Positions 35,955-49,207 of a stretch of DNA of 64,000 nt are shown one piece after another. A program made the position numbers and the translations under genes. Origin of the DNA: Phyllobates terribilis. Taxonomy: Eukaryota. The notes beneath the pieces were generated by a model. That model was not told where the DNA came from, searched no databases, and was given only the letters and a program-made list of their open reading frames with translations. The stretch is taken from contig NW_027362764.1 of NCBI RefSeq assembly GCF_046119375.1, positions 428,668,001-428,732,000 on the forward strand, given 5' to 3'. Position 1 is the first letter of the stretch, and every line of letters starts with the position of its first letter.

Positions 35955-37524
35955 CAGTCATGGCCAAAAGTATTGAGAATGAGACAAATAGTAATTTTTT
36001 CAAAGTTTACTGCTTCATTTTTTGTAATGGCAATTTGCATATACTCCTGAATGTCAAAGAGTGATCAGCTTAACAGCAATTACTGTACTTGCAAAGTCAA
36101 TATTTGCCCAGAAAATGAACTTTAACCCCCAAAACACATTTCAACATCATTGCAGTCCTGCCTTAAAAGGAGCAGCTAACATCGTTTTAGTGATTGATCC
36201 ATTAACACAGGTGTGGGTGTTGATGAGGACAGGGCTGGCGATCAATCAGTCATGATTAAGTAAGAATGACATCACTGGACACTTTAAAAGGAGGCTGGTT
36301 CTTGGTATCATTGTTTCTCTTCAGTTAACCATGGTTATCTCTAAAGAAACACGTGCAGCCATCATTGCACTGCACAAAAATGGCCTAACAGGGAAGAGTA
36401 TCGCAGCTACAAAGATTGCACCTCAATCAACAATCTATCGCATCATCAAGAACTTCAAGGAGAGAGCTTCCATTGTTGTCAAAAAGGCTCCAGGGCGCCC
36501 AAGAAAGACCAGCAAGCGCCAGGACCGTATCTTAAAACTGTTTCAGCTGCGGGATCGGACTACCAGCAGTGCCGAGCTTGCTCAGGAATGGCAGCAGGCT
36601 GGTGTGAGTGCTTCTGCACGCACTGTGAGGCGGAGACTCTTTGAGCAAGGGCTGGTTTCAAGGAGGGCAGCAAAGAAGCCACTTCTCTCCAGAAAAAACA
36701 TCAGGGACCGACTGATATTCTGCAAAAGGTACAGGGAGTGGACTGCTGAGGACTGGGGCAAAGTCATTTTCTCCGATGAATCCCCTTTTCGATTGTTTGG
36801 GACATCTGGAAAACAGCTTATTCGGAGAAGAAGAGGTGAGCGCTACCACCAGTCTTGTCTCATGCCAACTGTAAAGCATCCTGAAACCATTCATGTGTGG
36901 GGTTGCTTCTCAGCCAAGGGAATCGGCTCACTCACAGTCTTGCCTAAAAACACAGCCATGAATAAAGAATGGTACCAGAATGTCCTCCAAGAGCAACTTC
37001 TCCCAACCGTCCAAGAGCAGTTTGGCGCCCAACAATGCCTTTTCCAGCTTGATGGAGCACCTTGCCATAAAGCAAAGGTGATAACTAAATGGCTCATGGA
37101 ACAAAACATAGAGATTTGGGGTCCATGGCCTGGAAACTCCCCAGATCTTAATCCCATTGAGAACTTGTGGTCAATCATCAAGAGACGGGAGGACAAGCAA
37201 AAACCAACAAATTCTGGCAAAATGCAAGCATTGATTATGCAAGAATGGACTGCTATCAGTCAGGATTTGGTCCAAAAGTTGATTGAGAGCATGCCAGGGA
37301 GAATTACAGAGGTCTTGAAGAAGAAGGGGCAACACTGCAAATATTGACTTGCTGCATTAACTCATTCTAACTGTCAATATAACCTATTGGTACTCATAAT
37401 ATGATTGCAATTATATTTCTGTATGTGATATAAACATCAGACAAACACTAATAAAAACCAGAGGCCAGCAGATCATGTGAAAATATAATTTTGGTGTCAT
37501 TGTCAAAACTTTTGGCCATGACTG
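35955..37524 (+). mobile_element. Full-length Tc1/mariner element, DD35E (Traveler-type)
   Basis: TA flanks at 35953-35954 and 37525-37526; short TIR CAGTCATGGCCAAAAGT(A/T)TTGA(G/C)AATGA; length 1570 bp. Confidence 0.95.
36331..37347 (+). CDS. Intact DD35E transposase, 338 aa
   Basis: Open ORF with GRPR, VIFSDESPF and QLDGAPCH...NSPDLNPIE; 35 residues between the second D and E. Confidence 0.92.
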   Translation: MVISKETRAAIIALHKNGLTGKSIAATKIAPQSTIYRIIKNFKERASIVVKKAPGRPRKTSKRQDRILKLFQLRDRTTSSAELAQEWQQAGVSASARTVRRRLFEQGLVSRRAAKKPLLSRKNIRDRLIFCKRYREWTAEDWGKVIFSDESPFRLFGTSGKQLIRRRRGERYHQSCLMPTVKHPETIHVWGCFSAKGIGSLTVLPKNTAMNKEWYQNVLQEQLLPTVQEQFGAQQCLFQLDGAPCHKAKVITKWLMEQNIEIWGPWPGNSPDLNPIENLWSIIKRREDKQKPTNSGKMQALIMQEWTAISQDLVQKLIESMPGRITEVLKKKGQHCKY

Positions 37525-39425
37525 TAGTTACCTGGATGGGTATTAGTGTCAGTATTGTGTGAAAAAAGAAAATGTGTTTAAAAAAAAACAAAAAAAAACC
37601 AGTTTTTATAGTTACCGGTTAAGTAAAAAACACATTGTGGTTAAGGACAGTGATTAACCTGAAAACTTAAATTGTAAAAAGTTAGCACTTCTTAAGGTGC
37701 TTCTTGTTGGTTTTATCAAGACCACTGAACAAAAACCCGTTTGACATGGCCGAAGACGTGGTCCAACAATTGGATCAGTTATGCCCTGCAGCCATGCCCA
37801 GGGCCTACTTTGGGGGTTTGTTGTGGACGGGTCCCCCCCACTTTGCACCTTCCTCAGTGAGATGGACACCTGGTTATGGATCTCACTGTCGCCTGCTGAA
37901 AAATGTTTTATATGTGTGAAGAAAAATGTTATTTAGAGAAGTTTTATATAGTAACCTGAAACGTTTAAGAAAAAGTGCCTCCCATAAAGGGAAGAAAAAG
38001 TTGCGATTGTTCTTTTATGTGATGCATCTAAAAATTTTGTATGTCTAAAAACACCTGTGTTTTACTCTGTTCCAGCCCGGGGATGTGCTGTGTTTAATGG
38101 GGGAGGAATGTGGTGCCCCTGCGCGTCCAGTTGCCACAGAGGTACTGCATCTCACCCAGAGGTGTGGTAACCCACTCTCAGGTAAGGACGGAGTACTACC
38201 CAGGACCCACACATCCACATCCAACACTACACCACTCCAGATTAGAAGGAGGGGCAAGATGCACTTATCCACTGCTGAGCCCTGTCCCTGGCAGGAAAGG
38301 GGGGAACCAAGAGAGGGGGAACCATGTAGTGGGTGTGAGTGGAGGAAGTATGTCAGTGGAGCACAGACAGAAAGGGTGTAAAAGAGAGATAGAAACATCT
38401 AGATGGGTCCAGTCCAGCTCAGGAGAGCAGTGCAGAGGGGTCCATGCTTCTGGCTCCAGTGCTTAGAGCATAATTTTAGTGGAGAGAGAGGAGTCGGGCC
38501 TAGAAAGAGAGACCCAGGAGGAGAGTGAGAGAAAACAGGAGCAGAGAGAAAGTCTCCAAAGACAGAAGGGTTCCCAGGGGCACAGTGAGTGCAGGAAGCC
38601 ACCCGTGCACCCAAATTCACACTGACGTGGAGGGATCAGACCCCAGAAAGGGAACGGCCCCAGATTAGTGGAAAACAACCAGGCTCAGCTAGCCAACCGG
38701 AAGCTGCCGCATTTTCAAGGTGTTGCAGCCAACAGCCACAATTACATTGCTGAAAAGGTGGCCACATAGGGTCCAAGGGACTGCACGTCGCCCGACAAGG
38801 CCCGAGGCCACTGGCTTGGGACACTGATTGTGATGCACAGGGCAAGAGGGTGAGAGCCAGCGCAGTGAGACGACCAGGAAAGATACATAGAACGGGGTCC
38901 CGTTTAAGTGCTCCTGAGATACCGGAGAGATTGCTGGATCCCTACCCCGGAGGACACAGGACGATGTAGGTGGTTACACACCGGTAACTGTCACCTGGAG
39001 TCTTGAACCACTGTGATTAAAACCTGAAGACTGCGCCCCACTGTGTCCTTGAATAATTGCTGCGCCATCACCAGCCCTGCACTACACCGCACCAACAACA
39101 TCTACATCATAAATCTCTATATCCTGCCCTGGAACTTAGCTCTGCCTGTGGAGAGCTGAACCAACTCTGCTGCGTCACCATCAGCTCCAGTGGATCTGCA
39201 CTGCAGCGGTGGCCCCATACAGCCGCATACCACAGGCGGCATCACGAACATTATCTCTAAAAACTTTATTCCCCTTTTACTTTTCCTTTAATTATTTTAC
39301 TGCCCGGGGCCACGGACTGGGTCACTGCCACCATGACATCCTCAACACTGACTGGCCCAGCTACCGAGTACCTTACGGCACCAGGGGGCGCATCACACCT
39401 TTATGATCCAGCATCTGAAAATGGA

Positions 39426-40150
39426 AGGGAACCTGTCACTCAGTTTTCCCCATATAAAGTAAGGCCAGCACCTATAAACCCTCTGTTATAGAATTCTGGT
39501 ATGCTGTCTGTATGTCCCCAATCCCCTATGCAATGCACAACAAAAAACAACTTTTATTATAACCACAGATGGCGTGGTCTGGTCCGATGGGCATCTCTGG
39601 TCTTGATCCGGTGTCTCCTCTCTTCTTACAGTCATCGTCCTCCTTCCCTGCTTCAAGTGGATGATGCGCCCAATGTCAACATCACGATCTCCCCTGATCG
39701 CACTCCTGCACAGGCACACTTTTTTCTGCCCTGCCGAGAGCAGAGGAAAGTACTATAGTGTGCTTAAGCCAAGAAAGGCAAAAGAGCATTGATGACACGT
39801 AGGTAAAGCTGGCGCATGCGCACTACCGAACTTTGCTCTGCCCTCGGCATGGCAGAGAAAAGTGCGCCTGCACAGGAATGCAATAGGGGACACCTTGTGG
39901 ATGATGTAGGACACTTCATCCACATGAAGCAGGAAAGGAGGACAACAATTGTAAGGAGAGAGGAGATGCCGGATCAAAACCAGAGACACCCATCAGACTG
40001 GACCGTGCTGTCTGTGGGTATAATAAAAGCTAATTTTATGCCTTGCATAGGGGATTGTGGACATACAGACAGCATACCAGAATGCTGTAACAAAGGGCTT
40101 ATAGGTGCTGGACGTACTTTATATAAGGAAAACCTGGTGACCGGTTCCCT
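39426..40150. mobile_element. T2/Kolobok-type MITE, almost entirely palindromic
   Basis: AGGGAACCTGTCAC ... GTGACCGGTTCCCT-TTAA; the internal halves are reverse complements (e.g. CTGGTATGCTGTCTGTATGTCC / GGACATACAGACAGCATACCAG). Confidence 0.8.
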
Positions 40151-41464
40151 TTAAAGTCAGTCCCTTGTCTTGATAGTTATCCATTGGTAAGAGCGAGCAC
40201 AGTTCAACATCAGTTCACCTGTCTGCGGTTGCACACTGACACTGGAAGAGCACAGCAGCACATTCCAAGTGTCAGTGTGGGTGTGCACATAATGTGGCTG
40301 TGGGCGCGTTGTGATGCCTGGATCTTGTCTGTCTGCGACTGCCACTCTTTGCATCTGGAAGTAGTGAGTGAGCAACTTCAGTGAAGAGGAAGACAAGGCA
40401 TTGTGATGTGCTGTCTGCTCACCTCAACGAACTTCCTCCTCATGGAGTCCGCAGCCTAAAGGAGACAGCAACCACACATCAGAACACTCCTGCAGTCACA
40501 CTGTGTGCCAGTTCACACTGACACTTGGAGCAGTACCGTGCTCCTGTAGTGACAGGGCACAGGCAAAGAAATGCAAATTTATTTTAGACAGCACTTACTC
40601 TCACCAAAGACCTCTGTCAATTATAACAATGGAATGGCTTTAATATGCAAATAAGAGGGTGTAACAGAGCACCAAGGCATAGGCCATGCCAATGGTGCCC
40701 AGAGCACCCTCATTTGCATATAAAAATTAAGTTAAGTTAAAACTGTATATGCCTGACTATGTCCCCTATATGAATGTGTATAGAGAATAATTGGAATTTT
40801 GGGGGAGAAAGTCTCCTTATATATATCATCGTTCTGAGCAACACATTATCCTGTGTAGAACAATGCTTTATTATGTGCACAGGACAATTATGTTAATGAT
40901 CGTTCTGTGCACATGAAAGTGAGCCCACATCCTGTCTAAAAAGGCTATTAAGTGACTGTCGATCGACTTCATATAGCAGCTCAGCGGTTTTTCAAAGGCT
41001 GCAACTGACCAATATATATGCACCTTAGATCTAAGTACCTTACTCCATGATGATTTTCCCATCCACAGCTTGTCTCTGCAGGCTTCTATCTTCTCTGGTC
41101 TTCTGCAGCACATTCCGACACGGTGACCTTAAAAATAACAGTGTCATTATAATGTTCCTGGATAAAAATAGCCACCCACGCTGTGCCCTAAATAAGTCCT
41201 ATGCTGTGCCCCTATATACACCCTATCCTGTGCCCCAATATATGCTCTATGCTGTGCCCCTATATGCCCCCTATGCTGTGCCCCTAAAAATATAATAATT
41301 ACCCCACACTGTGCTCCCTGCACAAAAAATTACTCAACACTGTCTCACTTATGTTACACAGTCTCCACACTATTCTCTCCTATAAAAAATTCCACACCAC
41401 ACTGTCTGCCCTTGTGACAGTTACAGCACCCCCACAAACAAAATACACCACACAGTCCTCTCAA

Positions 41465-41876
41465 TTCTCCATACAGAGCTCCCCCATGTCCTCCATACAA
41501 AGCTACCCCATATGTTCTCCATACAGAGTTCCCCCATTTGGTCTCCATACAGATCTCCCCCATATGTTCTCCATACAGAACTTCCCCTCATATGTTCTCC
41601 ATATAGAGCTCCCTCCCATATGTTCTCCATACAGAGTATTTCCCATGTGTTCTCTATACAGAGCTGACCCTCATGTTCTCCATACAAAGATCCCCCATAT
41701 ATTCTCCATACAGAGCTCCCCCCATGTTCTCCATACAGAGCTCCCCCATGTTCTCCATACAGAGCTCTCTCCATGTTCTCCATACTGAGCTCCCCCCATG
41801 TTCTCCATACAGAGCTCCTCCATATATTCTCCATACAGAGCTCTCCCCATGTTTTCTCCATACAGAGCTCCTCCCT
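41465..41876. repeat. ~22-24-bp minisatellite
   Basis: Tandem CCCCATGTTCTCCATACAGAGCT variants. Confidence 0.9.
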
Positions 41877-42971
41877 TAGAGAGTCTAAAGAGGGATTTTA
41901 AAATATAGATATATATTTATATATAATTTTTTTCTTATTTTGACCTTCTGCAACCCGGCGCCCTAGATACCGGAACTCTGATGCCTAGTCGCAAATACTA
42001 GCCTAGCTGAGTGGCAAGTTTTCTCCAAGGTAGTGTCACAGACCTGAACATCCATTAACTCCTCCTCCCTCCCCCTCAATCAGGTCCAGACATAGGTCAG
42101 GGATTACACCATGTCAGAATTTTAGAAACCAGATCCCTGTCCTGTCTGAAGAACACAAGGAGGGGGAATAATATCATGAACATGAGGAAAGAAGCAATAC
42201 ATCTACATCAGAGCTCCAGCCCTTGTGTGAAACATTCCCCTCTGCCTCCCATGAGGAATGATGTTGCGAGTTCTGAGCCTGCTGCCCTCTCCTTCACACA
42301 ACAGGAGCACAGCAAGCATTGTTAGTGCATAAAGGCTGTACTTAAACTGTACTGATGCAGGATGATCTCATGGAACATCAGGGGATAACTGCAGGCTCAG
42401 AGCTTCCTCCTCCTCAGTGCTGCCTTTAGTCTTCCTTATGCACTGTGTACATGTAATCTTTCAGCGCTCAGCTTTCTTTTTATCACTGCCTCACTATGCA
42501 GCGCATTCTGTCTGACCTCAACTAATCAAGAAAGCACACATAAACACACAAATCCACCCCCACCAGAAAAACACCATAACTACTTACAAGTCTGGAGGGA
42601 GACAGAGAGGAGTTTAAAAAACAAAAATTCACCACTTGGTGGCATTGCCCCTTTCAATGTGTCGCCCTAGGCACCTACCCTCCAGTGCCTAATGGTAAAT
42701 ATGGCTCTGTCATAGGATAAAATTAGTCTGAAGTAGAGTCAGCTGTTAGTCAAATTATGAGGGTGTGCATATACTGTAGCTGCTGCTCACAATATATATT
42801 ATGACTGAAGTCACAGTTGCACGCCTGCATGACAGAAAGTCAGCAGCTCCAGGGAGAAATAAAGTTATTTTTTTCCTGGGTGCTGCCCTTTCAGAATCGT
42901 GACTGGGTATTAACCTCTGGCAATTATGCTTCAGATTAACCATAAATCTGCAGGTTAATAGCATTGTCAAA

Positions 42972-43792
42972 TATGGATGACTCAGAAAAGGCAAAACCTG
43001 TTAAAGATCTTACATACGGATACAGCACTCTTGAAATTGCTATGATATCGCGGAGTGATCACAGAACTATCAAAAGTTTTGTTGCGAATAGTCAATAGGG
43101 TCGCAAAAACGTTTTGCCAAAAAAAACGCACATAAACTGCCAAAGATTGAGAGGAATCAAACATGAAGAGACCAAGAACTCATTATCCTTCAGTGCTGTC
43201 ATACTCCAGAAAAGAACATAAGTACAAGGTGTTCAGTGCTCAAAGATTTGGCCAGTGTAAAGAAGGCTGAAACCCAATCACCACTTAACAAGACACATAA
43301 GTTGAAATGTCAAGATATTTTTTAATATGTGAAGACAAATTTTTTCAAAAGTTTTATAAACTGATGAAATGCAAATGACTCTGACTTTTGACTGAGCAGA
43401 TGTATAAAACAGTGCCTGGATCTGTAGCGGCACAGACCTCCACTTCACTAAGACGCCAATAAGGTGGAGGTGGGGTACTGCTATCTGCTGGTATTATTAA
43501 AGAAGTGCTAGTTGGACCATGTTAGGTTGAAGATGGACTCAAAATGCAGATGACAATAAACAAATGAGATGGGAAAATTTAAGTTTTCATTAAGTCACAT
43601 AATAATTCTGTACACCAATAGTTGGCCAATAATTATGCACACATAAATATTCTAACAAAGACAAAACCTCACTTTTTCTTTCTCAAATATTCAGGTTTAT
43701 TTACTATTTAGTTTGACCAATAGCACTATAGTTGATCAATGGTATAATTAGTCATCAAAAATAGAAGTTGCCAAATAATTGTGCACACAGTG
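42972..43792 (+). pseudogene. Highly degraded, internally deleted TRT-like (DD37E family) Tc1 remnant
   Basis: Remnant peptides GYSTLEIA..DHRTIKSFVANSQ, KKAETQSPLNKTHKLKCQD and GGGGVLLSAGIIKEVLVGP; right end AATAATTGTGCACACAGTG with an inner DR. The family call rests on recalled similarity because the catalytic D-E segment is deleted. Confidence 0.6.
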
Positions 43793-44065
43793 TCCATCAC
43801 ATAGGATACACTGAGACTCTGCTGTATACATCATATAGGATACACTAAGATTTCTGTGTCATGACAGGAGACATGAGACTGCTGTATGTACATCACATAG
43901 GAGACACTGAGCCTGCTGCATATAAATCAATCATATAGGACACATGAGACTGCTGCAGGGGCATACACTGACAGCTTGGGGGCCCTGTGCAAAAAATGTG
44001 TTGGGGCAACCAAGCTATACCTATATATACATGCGTGTATATATATATATTTATAGCCACTTTCC

Positions 44066-44101
<36 letters not shown>

Positions 44102-44105
44102 TGTA

Positions 44106-44136
<31 letters not shown>

Positions 44137-44634
44137 TGTGGGAAAGTGGCTTGCTCAGCTGTACACGGAGGAAGACACGGTACACGGTCTCTTTAAGTTT
44201 CAGGTTGGTTTATTAAAATGTCATAAACCAACCTAGAGTTCGCAAAATAAACACAGCAGATTCGGCATAATGGCAAAACAAAATAAAAAAATGCAGCACA
44301 GTCCGTAGATCGGCCGTAGTCCGGTCACTCAGGGTTAAACACACATTGTTCAGCTCAACACATGCAAGCTCCACTCTGGAGCAAGCCTGTCCAGATACTG
44401 ACCCACACCTGAGTCACAAGGCTGGCTATTTAAAGCCCAGACCACACCCTGGGGTGGCGACATGGTGAATGGCCTCCTGCCCGCACTATGGCCATTCACC
44501 AGTAAAACATGCCCTTCTAAATATGGCTTTTTAATCCTCTCTGCACCTACTATGCAGGAGAAGACTTTCACATTACTAAAGCTAAAAGCCTCAGTGAAAC
44601 ATATCTCCCCTCCAGCACTCTGCCAGTGACTTTG

Positions 44635-44638
<4 letters not shown>
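44137..44638 (-). mobile_element. Solo LTR embedded in (TA)n tracts
   Basis: TGTGGGAAAGTGGC ... GTGACTTTGTCAC ends; minus-strand TTTAAATAG and AATAAA motifs. Confidence 0.55.
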
Positions 44639-44669
<31 letters not shown>

Positions 44670-45147
44670 TATATATATATATATATATATATACAGTTAG
44701 GTCCATGTATATTTGGACAGAGACAACATTTTTCGAATTTTGGTTCAAGACATTACCACAATGAATTTTAAACAAAACAATTGAGATGCAGTTGAAGTTC
44801 AGACTTTCAGCTTTCATTTAAGGGTATCCACATTAAAATTAGATGAAGGGTTTAGGAGTTTCAGCTCCTTAACATGCGCCACCCTGTTTTTAAAGGGACC
44901 AAAAGTAATTGGACAATTGACTCCAAGGCTATTTCATGGACAGGTGTGGGCAATCCCTTCGTTATGTCATTCTCAATTAAGCAGATAAAAGGCCTGGAGT
45001 TGATTTGAGGTGTGGTGCTTGCATTTGGAAGGTTTTGCTGTGAAGTAAACATGCGGTCAAAGGAGCTCTCCATGCAGGTGAAACAAGTCATCCTTATGCT
45101 GCAAAAACAGAAAAAACCCATCCGAGAAATTGCTACAATATTAGGAG

Positions 45148-45939
45148 TGTAACGGGTCAGAGAGGTGGAACCTCTGAGCAACGATACAAAGGGGCAGTCC
45201 TTGTAAGGAAGCGGGTGGCACCCAGGGTAGGCGGGCAGGTAGTCACGGCAAGTGACGGGGACAGTCTCTTGGTAGAAGGGCAGGAGGTCACGGCAAGTAA
45301 TGGGGACAGTCTCTGGGTAGAAGGGCAGGAGGTCACGGCAAGTGATGGGGACAGTCTCTTGACAGGCGGGTGGTCACGGCAAGTGACGGCTAAGCCTCCA
45401 GATAGGCTAACAGGCAGGTAAGAGTCTCTGAACAGGCAGGTGGTCACAGCACGTGACGGCAGAGCCTCCAGGTAGGCTAGCAGGCAGGTAGCAGATGAGC
45501 ACTCCCAGGTGAGCGGGCAATCAGATCCATAGACAGACTGGCAGGGCTGGTAGGCAGACTGTCGGACCACAGGAATGCAAGTAGATAGACAAGTATCAGG
45601 CAGGTATCAAGCAGGAATCTGGCAGGTAACTGGCAGGTATCTGGTAACGGGACCTGAGGGCTGAAGCAGAGTGATAGGCTATGCAACAACATTGCTCGGG
45701 CACCTCCATTTTGGAGGAGGTGCCTTATATATAGTGAGGTCCTCCGGCCATTGGCCGGGGACTCCTTAGGACGGCGCGCGCGGCCCCTTTAAGAGAGGGG
45801 GAGCGCGCGCGCCCTAAGCACAATGGCCGGGAAGCAGCGCGCGCTGCCAGCAGAGCGGGAGGAAGACGCCGGGCACGGAGTGGAGAGGTGAAGGGAACAG
45901 CGTCCCTGCCTAGCAGGAGGCAGGGACGCCGACGCTACA
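45148..45939 (-). repeat. 3' LTR (792 bp)
   Basis: Direct repeat of 50153-51573 lacking most 99-bp units. Confidence 0.95.
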
Positions 45940-48900
45940 GTACCCCCCCTTTAGGCCCCCCCTTTTTTAGGCCAGACAGAAATTTATCAAGGATGAGAGG
46001 GGCATGGATGTTCTCCCGGGGCTCCCACGTTCTCTCCTCAGGACCAAACCCCTTCCAATCCACTAGAAAAAAGGTCTTTCCTCTTACCCTTTTGGTGGCC
46101 AGAATGTTCTCTACCTCAAACTCGTTTTCAGCGGAAACCGGAGCAGGAGGCATACCTGTAGACTTGGCAAAAGAGCTAAGTACCACTGGTTTTGAGTAGA
46201 GATACATGGAAGGAGTTAGGGATCCGCAAGTTGGCCGGGAGTTTCAATTTATAGGCCACTGGGTTGATTTGTTTGATAACTTCCAGTGGGCCGATGAACC
46301 GAGGCCCTAACTTGTAGGAAGGAATCTTGAGCCGGACATACTTGGACGAGAGCCAGACTTTATCTCCTGGACAGAATTGTGGAGGATCCAGGCGTTTTTT
46401 GTCAGCGTGTCTTTTCATCCGCTCGGACGACTGAAGGAGTGCGGATCGGGTACTCTCCCAAATGGAGGAGAATTTGCTAACGGGAGATTCCGCAGCCGGA
46501 TTGTCCACTGAGGTTGAGACGGGAAATGGGATCCGAGGATGCTGACCGAAGACTACAAAAAACGGGGATTTGGAGGAAGATTCGCTCTCGTGATGATTGT
46601 AAGAGAACCCGGCCCATGGTAGGAGATCCACCCAGTCCGAATGGTGGGCATTAACGAAGTGCCAGAGGTAACTGGTCAGAATCTGATTGATCCGCTCCAC
46701 TTGACCATTGGACTGTGGGTGGTAAGCGGAGGAGAAGTCCAAGGTGACGTCCAGCAGCTTACATGTGGCTCTCCAGAAGCGTGAGGTGAACTGAACCCCA
46801 CGATCCGACATGATGTGGAGGGGCAGGCCATGGAAACGGAAGATGTGGCAGATAAAGTCTTTAGCCAGCTCGGGTGCAGACGGGAGGCCCGGCAGGGGAA
46901 TGAAGTGAGCCATCTTGGAAAAGCGGTCAGCGACCACCCAAATGACCGTACAACTGGCAGAGACAGGGAGATACGTTATAAAGTCCATAGCTATATGCTG
47001 CCATGGGGCAGCAGGTACTGGAAGAGGAAGGAGGCGACCGGCTGGCAGATGTCTCGGAACCTTGTTGCGGGCGCAGGACACACAGGCTGAAACAAAGTCT
47101 ATTACGTCCTTGTGCAGGGTAGGCCACCAGTAATGCCGGGTAATAAGCTGGAGGGTCTTTTTCTGACCGGCGTGGCCAGCTAGCTTAGACGAGTGACCCC
47201 AGTGTAGGATCTTCTTCCAATCAGGTACTGTTACGAACGTCTTACCGGGAGGGAGACGATTTAGATTCACGGGGGCCACCTGCATTACTCTAGCGGGATC
47301 AATGATGTGCTTAGGCTCCTCCCCTAGATCAGATGCCAGGAAGGATCGGGAAAAGGCGTCAGCTTTGATGTATTAGTCTGCCGGGCGAAAATGAAGAACG
47401 AAATCAAAGCGGGCAAAAAACAAGGACCCCCGGGCTTGGCGCGGGTTAAGTCTCTGGGCGCTCTGGAGGTAAGCCAAGATCTTGTGGTCCGTGTAAATAA
47501 TTACTGGGTGAAGAGCCCCCTCGAGCAGGTAACGCCATTCCTCCAGTGCCAGCTTAATGGCCAATAATTCTCGGTCTCCTATAGAATAATTGAGCTCAGG
47601 AGGGGAGAAGAGTTTGGAGAAGAAGCCGCAAGTTACCATTCTTCCGGAAGACGACTTTTGGGTAAGTACCGCTCCGGCTCCAGAGGAGGAGGCGTCCACC
47701 TCCAGGAAGAATTGTTTGTTGCCGTCCGGATGATGCAGCACCGGGGCGGAAGTGAAAGCCTGTTTTAAGGAAAGAAAGGCTTCCTCTGCTTCGGGCGGCC
47801 ATTCTCTGGGATTAGTGCCCTTATGGGTGAGCGCAGAGATTGGGGCAGTCCGGGAAGAGAAGTGCGGTATGAAGAGGCGGTAGTAGTTGGCGAAGCCCAG
47901 GAACCGCTGAATAGCCTTCAACCCCTCTGGTCGGGGCCACTTCTGGATGGCAGACAGCTTCTCAGGATCCATTCGTTGGCCGGTCTGAGAGATTATGTAG
48001 CCCAAGAATGGAAGCGAGGTCTGCTCAAAGAGGCACTTCTCATATTTAGCGTAGAGGTGGTTCTGCCTGAGCCTGAGCAGGACCTGACGAACATCCCTCC
48101 GGTGAGTGAGAAGATCCGGGGAGAAGACCAAGATGTCGTCCAGGTACACCACTACGCAGGAGTAGAGAAGGTCCCAGAAGATGTCATTGACCAACTCTTG
48201 AAAGACGGCGGGAGCATTACAGAGACCGAAGGGCATTACCAGGTATTCATAGTGGCCGTCCCGGGTGTTGAATGTCGTCTTCCATTCATCCCCCTGACGG
48301 ATAGGGACCAGGTTATACGCCCCACGGAGGTCCAGCTTGGTGAAGATTCTAGACCCCTCAGACTGTCAAATAATTCCGGAATGAGCGGAAGGGGGTATTT
48401 ATTCTTCACTGTGATCTGGTTAAGGCCTCTATAGTCTATACAGGGACGGAGTGAGCCGTCCTTCTTTTTGACGAAGAAGAAGCCTGCTCCCGCCGGGGAG
48501 GTCGATTTCCGGATAAATCCCCGGGCCAGATTCTCCTCAATATATTCAGACATGGACCGGGTCTCAGCAGCGGACAAAGGGTAAATACGCCCACGGGGAG
48601 GAGTAGCGCCGGGCATCAGGTCGATTGGGCAGTCGTATGGTCTATGAGGGGGTAATGTCTCTGCCTCCTTTTTATTAAAGACGTCCGCATAAGACCAATA
48701 GGGAACCGGAAGACCAGGTAGATTGGCTGGGGTAGGAGAAGGACGGACAGGATGAACGGGAACTAAACAAGTCTTATGGCAGTCCTGTCCCCAGCGAAGG
48801 ACTTCTCCGGTCTGCCAGTCAAGCACGGGTGCATGTTTCTGAAGCCAAGGTAGGCCTAGCAAGAGGGCGTGAGAGAGTCCAGGCAGAACATGAAAGAAGA

Positions 48901-49207
48901 TGCTCTCTGAGTGCAGCATTCCCAACTGCAGGGTTATGGATTCGGTGATGAGTTGGATGGGATGTGGTAAGAGGCCCCCATCTACGGCAGCGACAGATAA
49001 GGGTACAGCTAGAGGTTTGGTGGGAAAGCGGTATTTCTCTACCTGGGACTGAGAAATGAGATTTCCGGCAGCTCCAGAGTCAAGTTGGGCTAGTTCAAAA
49101 TAACAGTTCTCCCCGCAGATGATAGAGACCGACAGCAACAGAGATGGAGAGGGTTTACTCTTTTCTAGGATGACCTCTCTGAGCGATCATAGACACGGGC
49201 GTTTCCC
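45935..49207 (-). pseudogene. pol: pol (protease, RT, RNase H, integrase, chromodomain) with stops and frameshifts
   Basis: Motifs LDSGA, YLDDIL, LEVDASSSGAGAVL, HSSKLAGH..CVSC, IAMDF/SDRG/QVER, GPRFIGP and chromodomain FEVENIL..FLVDWKGFGPEERTWEP. The ORF is broken at ~49188 (TGA), ~48340, 47373 and ~46200. Confidence 0.95.

Larger units (their letters stand above)
33650..39397 (+). mobile_element. Old non-autonomous Gypsy-type LTR element (5' LTR ~33650-34800, 3' LTR 38109-39397) with a nested Tc1
   Basis: Two diverged direct repeats of ~1.15-1.3 kb; the 3' LTR runs TGTGGTGCCCCT...AGGGGGCGCATCACA. PBS follows the 5' LTR and PPT ATGGGGGAGGAA precedes 38109. No pol is recognisable. Confidence 0.8.

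Noticed and set aside
33621-39401. TSD for the old LTR element (CCTT-like)
   Set aside because: The 5' LTR start is eroded, so any match requires assuming a deletion; not claimed.
41351-41861. 145-146-aa ORFs
   Set aside because: Minisatellite translations.
47823-48434. 203-aa plus-strand ORF
   Set aside because: Antisense to the RT domain; a common shadow frame in GC-rich pol.
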